NCBI GenBank assembly: GCA_045586685.1
Contig: JAZNAU010000009.1
Coordinates: forward strand, 38,635 to 102,634
Length of the DNA: 64,000 nt
Source: Clostridia bacterium
GTDB lineage: Bacteria > Bacillota > Clostridia > HGM11514
Direction: 5' to 3'
Positions 38,221-47,115 of the stretch are shown one piece after another (position 1 is the first letter of the stretch; each line of letters begins with the position of its first letter). The position numbers were made by a program, and so were the translations under genes. The notes below the pieces were generated by a model. That model worked only from the letters and a program-made list of their open reading frames with translations, did no database searches and had not been told where the DNA came from.

Positions 38221-40110
38221 ATGTTTCAATGGATCAGAATCGGCGCGTCAGTTCCTTCCATTGCTCTGGGAAATCCTGAGCAAAACGCCGAAATCATCTG
38301 TCATCAGATAAAAACTACAAAAGACCTTGCTTTATTGGTGTTTCCTCAGCTTACGCTGACAGGGAACACCTGCAGTGACTTGTTTTTTCAAAGCACACTG
38401 CAATCCGAAACCCTACAGGCAATCAAGACCATTGCAAAAGCAACCAAAGGGTATGAAGGAATTGCTGTCATCGGTGCTCCTCTTGTGATGGATAACCGTC
38501 TGTTTAACTGCGGTATTGTCATAGCAAAAGGCAGGGTTTGGGGAATTGTTCCAAAAACCTATTTATCTCAAGCAGAATTCCGTTGGTTTGGTTCGGCTAT
38601 GGAATTATCGAAAAGAGAGCTGTCCCCTAAGGAATTGGGACTTAGTCAGGACGAACCTGTTCCTGTGGGAAACGACCTGATATTTGATGCCCAAGCCTTT
38701 CGTTTTGGCGTGGAGATGGGCGAAGATTCCGTATCTCCCCTGTCGCCCGGAACCTTTCTTGCGTTAGAGGGAGCCGATGTGATTGTCAATCCCACTGCGA
38801 TTCAATCAACGGTGGGAATGAAGCTGACGGCAAAAGAACTATCGGCAAAAAATTTGTGTGCATACGTGCAGGTATCCGCAGGAGCAGGAGAATCAACCAC
38901 AGATTTCGTACTGTCCGGTTCCGGAGTAATTGCAGAACTGGGCAAAGCTCTGGCACAATCAGAAACGGCAGAGTTTCTTCTTTCGGATATTGACATTGAA
39001 AAAATTCGTTCCCAACGGCAGAAAAATGCCATTTTCCGTCAAGCGAAGGAAGGCAAAAAGCCATGTCGGATAATTGCTGTCCCTTGGGTAAACACCAGCG
39101 ACGGCACCCTTTATCCTTTGAAAAAAACACCCTTTATTCCTGAAAATACCGAGATGAGACGAAACCGCTGTCTGGATATTTTTCACATTCAAACAAAAGG
39201 ACTGTGCAGACGGCTTCAAGTAACAGGAGGAAATATGGTCATCGGGGTTTCGGGAGGATTGGATTCCACCCTTGCCCTGCTTGTCTGTGCTTATTCTGCA
39301 AAACAGATGGGACAGTCTGCTAAAAGCGTCTGTGGAATTACCATGCCATGTTTCGGTACAACAGACCGCACTTATCAAAACGCCTTAACCTTGATGAACG
39401 CTTTAGGAGTCACTTCTATGGAAATTTCCATCAGTGACTCTGTGACACAACATTTTAAAGACATTGGCCATGACAGCGGGAGAAAAGACACCACCTATGA
39501 AAATTCTCAGGCACGGGAACGGACACAAGTACTTATGGATGTGTCCAACCGCCAAAACGCAATCGTTGTGGGAACGGGAGATTTAAGCGAGCTTGCCTTG
39601 GGATGGTGCACCTATAACGGGGATCACATGAGCATGTACGGCGTCAATGCCGACATTCCAAAAACCTTGATTTACTGGGTCATTGAAAGTATTATAAAAG
39701 CGAACATTTTCCCTGAGGCAAACGAAGTTCTTGCAGATATCTTAGACACTCCCATCAGTCCCGAACTCCTTCCTCCTCACGAGGACGGAACCATTGCCCA
39801 GAAAACGGAAGATTTAGTAGGTCCCTATGAATTGCATGATTTTTACTTGTATTACATTCTGCGGTACGGCTTTTCCCCCAAGAAGATTTACACCCTTGCC
39901 TGCCGTGCCTTTGGTGAGGAATACGATAAGGAAATGGTGCTTAAATGGCTGAAAACCTTCTACCGTCGGTTCTTTACTCAGCAGTTCAAACGAAGCTGTA
40001 TGCCTGACGGTGTGAAGATTGGTTCTATCGGCCTTTCCCCCAGAGGGGACTGGCAAATGCCCAGCGACGCAAGTTTTGTTGCCTGGAGTAAGGAATTAAA
40101 CGAACTTTAA
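38221..40110 (+). CDS. nadE: NAD+ synthetase, two-domain form with degenerate glutaminase domain
   Basis: GVSGGLDST, ENSQARER, GTGDLSE, SPEL and QQFKRSC motifs intact; nitrilase domain reads FPQL and EMGED. Confidence 0.92.
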   Translation: MFQWIRIGASVPSIALGNPEQNAEIICHQIKTTKDLALLVFPQLTLTGNTCSDLFFQSTLQSETLQAIKTIAKATKGYEGIAVIGAPLVMDNRLFNCGIVIAKGRVWGIVPKTYLSQAEFRWFGSAMELSKRELSPKELGLSQDEPVPVGNDLIFDAQAFRFGVEMGEDSVSPLSPGTFLALEGADVIVNPTAIQSTVGMKLTAKELSAKNLCAYVQVSAGAGESTTDFVLSGSGVIAELGKALAQSETAEFLLSDIDIEKIRSQRQKNAIFRQAKEGKKPCRIIAVPWVNTSDGTLYPLKKTPFIPENTEMRRNRCLDIFHIQTKGLCRRLQVTGGNMVIGVSGGLDSTLALLVCAYSAKQMGQSAKSVCGITMPCFGTTDRTYQNALTLMNALGVTSMEISISDSVTQHFKDIGHDSGRKDTTYENSQARERTQVLMDVSNRQNAIVVGTGDLSELALGWCTYNGDHMSMYGVNADIPKTLIYWVIESIIKANIFPEANEVLADILDTPISPELLPPHEDGTIAQKTEDLVGPYELHDFYLYYILRYGFSPKKIYTLACRAFGEEYDKEMVLKWLKTFYRRFFTQQFKRSCMPDGVKIGSIGLSPRGDWQMPSDASFVAWSKELNEL

Positions 40111-40248
40111 TCCTCCATACTTTTATTATATCATAAAAATATTGCCATGACTTGCAATGGAAAGAAAATGAGAAAGTGAAGGTTATTGCACCTTTTCTTT
40201 CTCTCTTTTTTTGTTTTATTTTATATATTATATTTTTATTTTTATATA

Positions 40249-40292
40249 ACCCACACTCTTACTCACACTTTTACTCATACTTTTACTCACAG
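40249..40292. repeat. 12-bp tandem repeat (ACTCACACTTTT, about 3.7 copies)
   Basis: acccacactctt/actcacactttt/actcatactttt/actcacag. Confidence 0.85.
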
Positions 40293-40477
40293 TATCATTA
40301 ACAAAAAAAGAAATTATTTTGTGAGTATGCCCTTTTTCTTCCTCACCTTTCTTAAAATTGCACAAGAAATGTCAATGAATTGAATGAGCAACTGAAGTTA
40401 TCCGTACTTTTTTAAATTTCCGGTTGAATTATGACAAAAATTGTGCTATACTATAAGGAAAGGAGAGAGACTATTTT

Positions 40478-42127
40478 ATGAAAAAGTGGCACTATCGGCA
40501 GTATAACAATAATCGGGCGAAAGAATTTGCCCGAGAAGAAGAGATTGATGAAGTTTTTGCCGCATTGCTGACCCAACGAGGGTTGGACGAACATAATAGG
40601 GTAAAGGAATTTGTCCGTCCTAATATGACTCATTTGCACGACCCCTTTTTGTTACCTGACATGAAAGAGGCAGTAAACAGAATACTGCTGGCAAAAAAGC
40701 GTGGTGAACAGGTTACAGTATTTGGAGATTACGATGCAGATGGGCTGACTTCTACGGCGGTGGTGTACACTTGTTTACAATCCCTTGGAATGAAGGCAGA
40801 CTGCTATATCCCCGACCGAATGAACGAAGGATACGGCTTGAATCGGGAGGCGTTGGAGGACATAAGGAACCGTGGAACAACCCTTGTCATAACAGTGGAT
40901 TTAGGCGTTACCGCACTGGAGGAAACCCAAATTGAGGGGTTGGATTTTGTCATTACCGACCATCATCAGCCCTTGGAGGAGCTTCCCCATGTTTGCGCGG
41001 TGGTTGACCCGAAACGGGACGATTGCAAGTCCCCCTTTCGGGAATTAGCGGGAGTGGGAGTTGCTTTTAAGCTTGTGTGGGCGCTTCAATACGAAAGGCC
41101 GTTAGAAGAAATATTACGAGAAACCATTGATTTGGTGTGTCTTGGCACCATTGCAGATATTGTTCCCTTACGGGGAGAAAATAGATTTTTTGCCAAATGC
41201 GGGTTGAAATATATTGAGCAGACCAAACGCCCGGGACTTCGTTCCCTTGTAACAAAAAGCGGTTATAAAACCGTGGATTCCACAGCGGTAGGTTTTGGGT
41301 TAGCCCCCAGAATTAACTCGGCAGGACGAATGGGAAATGCCCGCCTTGCATTAGAGCTTTTGTTAACCCGTGACGAGCAAAAAGGAGAGCAACTGGCAGA
41401 AGAACTTTGCAGACTCAATCTTCTCCGTCAAAAGACCGAGCAGGAAATTTTTGAACAGGCAGAAAAAAAGATTCAAGCCTCTGTTTTAAACTGCCCTGTT
41501 CTGGTGGTTTCGGGAGAAGGCTGGCATCAGGGCGTGATTGGCATTGTAGCATCTAAGCTGATGAATCAATATGATAAGCCTGTGGTACTACTAAGCATTG
41601 AGAACGGAATTGCTCACGGCTCCGCAAGAAGTGTGGAAGGATTTCCTATTTTTGACGCACTGTACGAATGTGAACATTATCTGTTGCGATTCGGCGGTCA
41701 TGACAAGGCAGCGGGAATGACCTTAAAAGCAGAAGACATTTCTGGCTTTGCAGAAGAACTCAATCAAGTGGCAGAAGCGGTAACAATGGGCGAAATCGGG
41801 GAAGGTCTGACGATAGATTTATGTTTGCCTCCCTCTAAAGTCACCTTGGAGCTTGCCCAAAAAATGTCCTTTTTTGAACCCTTTGGGGAGGGAAACCCCC
41901 AGCCTGTTTTTGTCATGGAAGATGTGGAGATAAAAAACTGTGTCCCCACCCGTGACGGCAAGCATCTTCGCCTGACCGCACAAAAGGACGGGCAAAGCTT
42001 TTCCTGTATCGGATTTGGAATGGGCAATTATTTGCCGGAGGAAAGAGCAGACATTGCTTTTTGTGTTACAGTGAATACATTCAGAGGGCAAACCTCATTG
42101 AATTTAATGATAAAGGATATTCATTAG
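40478..42127 (+). CDS. recJ: Single-stranded DNA exonuclease RecJ
   Basis: GDYDADG, ITDHH, PRINSAGR, GSARS and FGGH motifs. Confidence 0.96.
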   Translation: MKKWHYRQYNNNRAKEFAREEEIDEVFAALLTQRGLDEHNRVKEFVRPNMTHLHDPFLLPDMKEAVNRILLAKKRGEQVTVFGDYDADGLTSTAVVYTCLQSLGMKADCYIPDRMNEGYGLNREALEDIRNRGTTLVITVDLGVTALEETQIEGLDFVITDHHQPLEELPHVCAVVDPKRDDCKSPFRELAGVGVAFKLVWALQYERPLEEILRETIDLVCLGTIADIVPLRGENRFFAKCGLKYIEQTKRPGLRSLVTKSGYKTVDSTAVGFGLAPRINSAGRMGNARLALELLLTRDEQKGEQLAEELCRLNLLRQKTEQEIFEQAEKKIQASVLNCPVLVVSGEGWHQGVIGIVASKLMNQYDKPVVLLSIENGIAHGSARSVEGFPIFDALYECEHYLLRFGGHDKAAGMTLKAEDISGFAEELNQVAEAVTMGEIGEGLTIDLCLPPSKVTLELAQKMSFFEPFGEGNPQPVFVMEDVEIKNCVPTRDGKHLRLTAQKDGQSFSCIGFGMGNYLPEERADIAFCVTVNTFRGQTSLNLMIKDIH

Positions 42128-42141
42128 GAAGTGGTAGACAG

Positions 42142-44325
42142 ATGGAACAAATGTATCAAAAATTAGAAAACATCATTATGGGCTATAACCAGTCGGCGAA
42201 CCTTTCAAGAGTGCAGAAAGCTTACAAGCTTGCGGAACAGCTGCACCATAATCAGGTGCGTCTTTCCGGCGAGCCTTATATTTTTCACCCTCTGTCAGTT
42301 GCCATGATTCTTGCCCAAATGGAAATGGATACAGATACCATTATTGCGGCACTCCTTCACGACACGGTGGAAGATACGGACTGCACCTCTCAGGATTTGA
42401 TACAGGAGTTCGGAGAACAGGTGGCAGAGTTGGTAGACGGAGTGACAAAGCTTAGTCGGATTCCCTATTCCTCTCAGGAGGAACAGCAGGTAGAAAACTT
42501 GCGTAAAATGTTTATGGCAATGGCAAGGGATATCCGCGTTATTCTTATTAAGCTTGCAGACCGACTTCACAACATGCGCACCTTAAAAAGCATGTCTGAG
42601 GAAAAACAAAGGCAGAAGGCTTTAGAAACCATGGAGGTGTTTGCCCCCCTGGCACATCGTCTTGGAATTTCTAAAATCAAATGGGAACTGGAAGATTTGT
42701 CTTTGCGTTACCTTGACCCCATTGCCTATCAGGAAATTATTCAGTCTATCAATCAAAAACGGCAAGAACGGGAAGAATACTTAGATGAAATTAAAAATAC
42801 CATTGGCAAAACTCTGTCCGAATCAGGGGTAAAATTTCATATAGAGGGCAGAGTGAAGCATTTTTACAGCATTTATAAAAAAATGTATTCTCAAAACAAA
42901 ACCATTGATCAGATTTACGACTTATTTGCAGTGCGCGTCATTGTAGATTCGGTGGGAGATTGCTACAACGTTCTGGGCATGGTACATGAATTATACAAGC
43001 CCATGCCTGGGAGATTCAAAGATTATATTGCCATGCCAAAGCCCAATCTGTACCAGTCGTTGCATTCTACCGTAATCGGAACAAAGGGAACTCCTTTTGA
43101 AGTGCAGATTCGCACCTGGGAAATGCACCGCACCTCCGAATACGGGGTTGCCGCCCATTGGAAATATAAAGAGGGCAGAACGGCAATGAACAATTTTGAC
43201 GAAAAAATGAGTTGGATTCGTCAGTTGATGGAAATGCAGAAGGAAACGCCGGATGCAGAAGAATTTATGCGTTCCTTAAAAATTGATTTATTTTCAGACG
43301 AGGTGTTTGTCTTTACGCCCAAGGGAGATGTGTTTAATCTTCCCTTAGGCTCAACCCCCATCGACTTTGCTTTTGCCATTCACTCTGCAGTCGGCAGTAA
43401 AATGTTGGGAGCCAAGGTCAGCGGAAAGATTGTGCCTTTGGATTATAAGCTTCAAAACGGAGATATTGTAGAGATCATTACCTCCTCGGGAGTCCATGGT
43501 CCCAGTCGGGATTGGTTAAAAATTGTAAAGACCTCACAGGCAAAATCAAAAATTAACCAGTGGTTTAAAAAGCAAAACCGTGACGAAGACATTGCCAAAG
43601 GGAAAGAGGCGGTGGAAAAAGAGCTGCGTCGTTTGGAGCTTTCCGAGGAAAAGGTGTTTGTAGAAGAAATTATCAGTTCCGTTTTACGGAAATTCAGCTA
43701 TAAAACGATGGATGATATTTATGCAAGCATTGGTTACGGGGGCATTCCTCTTTCCCGTGTCATCAACAGAATCCGTGATGAATACGGAAAACGATACAGA
43801 GAAGAAACCCCTATTCCCGTGATTTCGGAAAAAACAGGGGCACAGAAAAAACCCGTTCCTTCCGGGGGCGTTTTGGTAAAAGGAATTGACAACTGTCTGA
43901 TTCGGTTTGCCCAGTGCTGTAATCCCATTCCCGGAGACGATATTATGGGATATATTACCCGTGGTCGTGGATTGTCCATCCACCGTAAGGACTGCGTGAA
44001 TATTCAAAATGCTTTACTCAATCCAAATGAGGCAGGAAGGTTGCTGGATGCAACCTGGGCAGAGGTTCAAGAGGATTCTTACTGTGCAGGAATTGTATAC
44101 ACCTCTTATGACAGGGACGGAATTTTGTTAGAAATTGCCTCTATGATGACTCAGATGAAGGTGTCTGTCAAGGCATTAAATGCCAAGAGTAATGTGGATG
44201 ATACCGCAACCATAGAGATGACGGTAGAGGTAGGCACCCGCTCCGAATTAGACTCCATTATGAAAAAACTGCGTAGTATGCCGGGAACCATTGATGTAAA
44301 ACGGGCACTGGTGAAAAAGAAATAG
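42142..44325 (+). CDS. relA: Bifunctional (p)ppGpp synthetase/hydrolase
   Basis: HD domain (LLHDTVED), YQSLH, TGS and ACT domains; start ATG 42142. Confidence 0.96.
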   Translation: MEQMYQKLENIIMGYNQSANLSRVQKAYKLAEQLHHNQVRLSGEPYIFHPLSVAMILAQMEMDTDTIIAALLHDTVEDTDCTSQDLIQEFGEQVAELVDGVTKLSRIPYSSQEEQQVENLRKMFMAMARDIRVILIKLADRLHNMRTLKSMSEEKQRQKALETMEVFAPLAHRLGISKIKWELEDLSLRYLDPIAYQEIIQSINQKRQEREEYLDEIKNTIGKTLSESGVKFHIEGRVKHFYSIYKKMYSQNKTIDQIYDLFAVRVIVDSVGDCYNVLGMVHELYKPMPGRFKDYIAMPKPNLYQSLHSTVIGTKGTPFEVQIRTWEMHRTSEYGVAAHWKYKEGRTAMNNFDEKMSWIRQLMEMQKETPDAEEFMRSLKIDLFSDEVFVFTPKGDVFNLPLGSTPIDFAFAIHSAVGSKMLGAKVSGKIVPLDYKLQNGDIVEIITSSGVHGPSRDWLKIVKTSQAKSKINQWFKKQNRDEDIAKGKEAVEKELRRLELSEEKVFVEEIISSVLRKFSYKTMDDIYASIGYGGIPLSRVINRIRDEYGKRYREETPIPVISEKTGAQKKPVPSGGVLVKGIDNCLIRFAQCCNPIPGDDIMGYITRGRGLSIHRKDCVNIQNALLNPNEAGRLLDATWAEVQEDSYCAGIVYTSYDRDGILLEIASMMTQMKVSVKALNAKSNVDDTATIEMTVEVGTRSELDSIMKKLRSMPGTIDVKRALVKKK

Positions 44326-44341
44326 GATTTGGAGTGATACC

Positions 44342-44953
44342 ATGTTGTTAAAACAGTTGACAGTAGGAGATTTTAGCACCAATTGTTATCTGGTGTGGGA
44401 TGAAGAAAGTCTGGAAGGATATGTGATCGATCCCGGAGCCGAAGGGGACAGAATCGTAAGTGAAATCAAAAGGTTCTCTATAAATGTAAAAGGAATTTTA
44501 CTCACTCATGGTCATCTGGACCATTTTGAGGCGGTGGACGTAGTTGCCTCAAAGACAGGTGCACCAGTGCTGATGCACCGTGCCGACCATGACCAATATA
44601 CTCAGATTCCTTCTTTTTTCGGTACTGTAAAGCCACCAGAAACAAAAATTTCAGAATTTCTGGTTCATGGTATGGAACTGAAAACGAAACATTTAGTGTT
44701 AACAATATTGGAAACACCGGGACATACGCCGGGCGGAATCAGTATTTACGATGGAAAGAGTGCGGTATTTTGCGGTGACTCCCTCTTTTGGAGAAGTGTG
44801 GGAAGATGCGATTTGCCGGGAGGCAACTGGGAAACCCTGTCTCAATCCATTCAAACTGTTCTGTACACATTACCGGAGGATACCCAAATTTACTGCGGTC
44901 ACGGTCCGGCTACTACAATCGGCGAAGAAAGGAAGAATAACCCTTACGTATGA
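44342..44953 (+). CDS. MBL-fold metallo-hydrolase
   Basis: THGHLDH, TPGHTPG and GHG motifs. Confidence 0.9.
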   Translation: MLLKQLTVGDFSTNCYLVWDEESLEGYVIDPGAEGDRIVSEIKRFSINVKGILLTHGHLDHFEAVDVVASKTGAPVLMHRADHDQYTQIPSFFGTVKPPETKISEFLVHGMELKTKHLVLTILETPGHTPGGISIYDGKSAVFCGDSLFWRSVGRCDLPGGNWETLSQSIQTVLYTLPEDTQIYCGHGPATTIGEERKNNPYV

Positions 44954-46134
44954 TACAGGAAAAAGAAGCAAAACTGCCTTGGGGCAGATTAACGGGGATT
45001 CGTCCCGTAAAACGGGCAAATGTGTTTTTATCTCAAGGCTATAGCCCCCAAGAGGCAGAAGAACTGTTTCACCGTGAGTTTGGAGCAGACAAAGCCCGTT
45101 CCAAACGAGCAGTCGAAATTGCCATGCGTGAAAACAAACTGCTTGAACAAGCATATTCTGACGGAATTGGGCTTTATATCGGGATTCCCTTTTGTCCATC
45201 CCGCTGTGTCTATTGCTCTTTCATCTCCTTTTCGGTGGAAAAATCGGCTCAGCTTATGGAACCCTACTTAACTGCACTGGAGCAGGAAATAAAAGCAGGA
45301 GCAGAAATTGTGAAAAATCTGGGGAAACGGATTGAAACGGTGTATATAGGAGGAGGCACCCCTACTACCCTGTCAGCAGACCAATTAAACCGTTTGCTGG
45401 AGGTTTTGCACCAAGAATTTGATTTATCTGATATCAAAGAATTTACTGTTGAAGCAGGAAGACCCGACACGATTTCGGCAGACAAGCTTTGGGTGATGAA
45501 ACAATGGGGCGTAACCCGTATCAGCTTAAATCCCCAAAGTATGAATCAGAAAATACTGGATAAAATAGGAAGAAAGCACAGTCCGGAAGAATTGATTTCC
45601 GCCTTTCAACTGGCACGGGAGCGAGGCTTTACGCATATAAATATGGATGTGATTGCAGGATTACCGGACGAGACCTATCCCGAATTTTGTCATACGATGG
45701 AAGAGCTTTTCAAACTCGACCCTGAGGGGATTACGGTGCACACCATGTCGCTAAAGCGTGCGGCGGTGCTGACACAAAATGCAGAACAATACGATTTAAC
45801 CGCACAGGAAACTGTGGGAAACATGTTGGATTTTGCTTGGGAGCAGTTAGCAATTCGAGGATATCATCCCTATTATCTGTATCGTCAGAAAAACATTCTG
45901 GGAGGGTTTGAAAACACCGGTTTTTCAAAGTCAGGGAAGGAATGTCTTTATAATATTTACATCATGGAGGAAACCCAATCTATTCTGTCCTTGGGAGCAG
46001 GTGGCTCTACCAAAATTGTTGATGGGGACAGGATTGAACGGATTTTCAATGTGAAAGAACCAACAGAATACATCAATCGGATTGACGAAATGATAGAAAG
46101 AAAGCAAGAAATTTATACGATTTTAGGAGGTTGA
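44950..46134 (+). CDS. hemZ: HemZ-type radical SAM protein (HemN family)
   Basis: PWGRLTGIRP, CPSRCVYC, GGGTPT and PYYLYRQK motifs. Confidence 0.9.
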   Translation: MIQEKEAKLPWGRLTGIRPVKRANVFLSQGYSPQEAEELFHREFGADKARSKRAVEIAMRENKLLEQAYSDGIGLYIGIPFCPSRCVYCSFISFSVEKSAQLMEPYLTALEQEIKAGAEIVKNLGKRIETVYIGGGTPTTLSADQLNRLLEVLHQEFDLSDIKEFTVEAGRPDTISADKLWVMKQWGVTRISLNPQSMNQKILDKIGRKHSPEELISAFQLARERGFTHINMDVIAGLPDETYPEFCHTMEELFKLDPEGITVHTMSLKRAAVLTQNAEQYDLTAQETVGNMLDFAWEQLAIRGYHPYYLYRQKNILGGFENTGFSKSGKECLYNIYIMEETQSILSLGAGGSTKIVDGDRIERIFNVKEPTEYINRIDEMIERKQEIYTILGG

Positions 46135-46137
46135 AAA

Positions 46138-46506
46138 ATGGCAAACTTGGAATTTTTGAATGTACTGAAAGAAAAACTGAGTGATACAGGGGAAAAGATT
46201 GTGAAAAAGTCCGGTCAGTTGGTGGATACCACCAAGCTAAGCTATCACATCAGTACAGAAGAATCAGAATTAAAAAAGAAGTATGAGTTAATCGGAAAAA
46301 TGGTGTATGAGGCAAAATGCGGGGATAGTGAACTGTCTGACGAAATTAACACAATTTGCGATGACATCCAGCTTACTTTGGAAAAAATTGAAGAAATGAA
46401 AAAACAACTGCAAGCTTTGAAGAATAAAACAAGTTGTCCTCATTGCGGTAAGGAAATTTCCAAAGATGCGCCGTTTTGTTCTTCATGCGGTTGTAAAAAT
46501 GAGTGA
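46138..46506 (+). CDS. Coiled-coil protein with C-terminal zinc ribbon
   Basis: CPHCG...FCSSCG; GGAGG RBS. Confidence 0.8.
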   Translation: MANLEFLNVLKEKLSDTGEKIVKKSGQLVDTTKLSYHISTEESELKKKYELIGKMVYEAKCGDSELSDEINTICDDIQLTLEKIEEMKKQLQALKNKTSCPHCGKEISKDAPFCSSCGCKNE

Positions 46507-46522
46507 AAAGGAATGAAATCGG

Positions 46523-46867
46523 ATGAACAGGGTTCTTTTGTGCGGAGTGTGTGTGGGTGCGGTGTTGAGCTTACTTGGGGAGGAGTGTGCCTCCGTTACT
46601 CTCCTGACCGCCTCTGACGGTTCTGTCAAACAAAAAGTAACCCTTGATTGTTGCGAAAATGCACAGTCTATTTTGAAACGGGACGGACTCTGCTATCAGG
46701 CACAGGCATCCTTTACGGCGGAATCGGGTGTTACCCTTTCTGGCTGTGCTCATTTATTGGAGCAATCGCCTGCATTGGTCACTTTTCTGATGCAAAACAT
46801 AGCCCGCCATCTGACAGACGAAGGGGTATCGGTATCTTTTTCTGTTACGGAATCGGATTTTGGTTGA
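46523..46867 (+). CDS. Hypothetical protein
   Basis: 114-aa ORF with AAGGA RBS filling the gap before a terminator. Confidence 0.55.
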   Translation: MNRVLLCGVCVGAVLSLLGEECASVTLLTASDGSVKQKVTLDCCENAQSILKRDGLCYQAQASFTAESGVTLSGCAHLLEQSPALVTFLMQNIARHLTDEGVSVSFSVTESDFG

Positions 46868-46878
46868 TTTCATAAAAC

Positions 46879-46920
46879 AAAAAGACCATCTAAAAGCATC
46901 TGCTTTCGGATGGCTTTTTT
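46879..46920. terminator. Bidirectional terminator
   Basis: CCATCT.AAAGC...GCTTT.GGATGG with A/T flanks between convergent genes. Confidence 0.65.
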
Positions 46921-46921
46921 A

Positions 46922-47104
46922 TTACTGTTTTTCATCAGAAGGAGGCACTGTAACCGTATCAAGAGTCGCCCGCAAATTTCGGCGCACATCTGCCACATAC
47001 TGCTCCCGCAATACCTTTTGTTCCGCTTTTTCTGCCTCTGTCAAACCTTCTGTCCGTGCTTTTTTTGCCAGTTCATTGATTCTATCAATTTGTTTTTGTT
47101 CCAT
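46922..47104 (-). CDS. DUF896 (YnzC-like) protein
   Basis: IDRINELAKK..EGLT..EK.EQ..LR..Y. Confidence 0.85.
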   Translation of the reverse strand: MEQKQIDRINELAKKARTEGLTEAEKAEQKVLREQYVADVRRNLRATLDTVTVPPSDEKQ

Positions 47105-47115
47105 ATTTCTTCTCC

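Noticed and set aside
40186-40383. 65-aa plus-strand ORF with THTF repeats
   Set aside because: Low-complexity translation of the AT tract and 12-bp repeat
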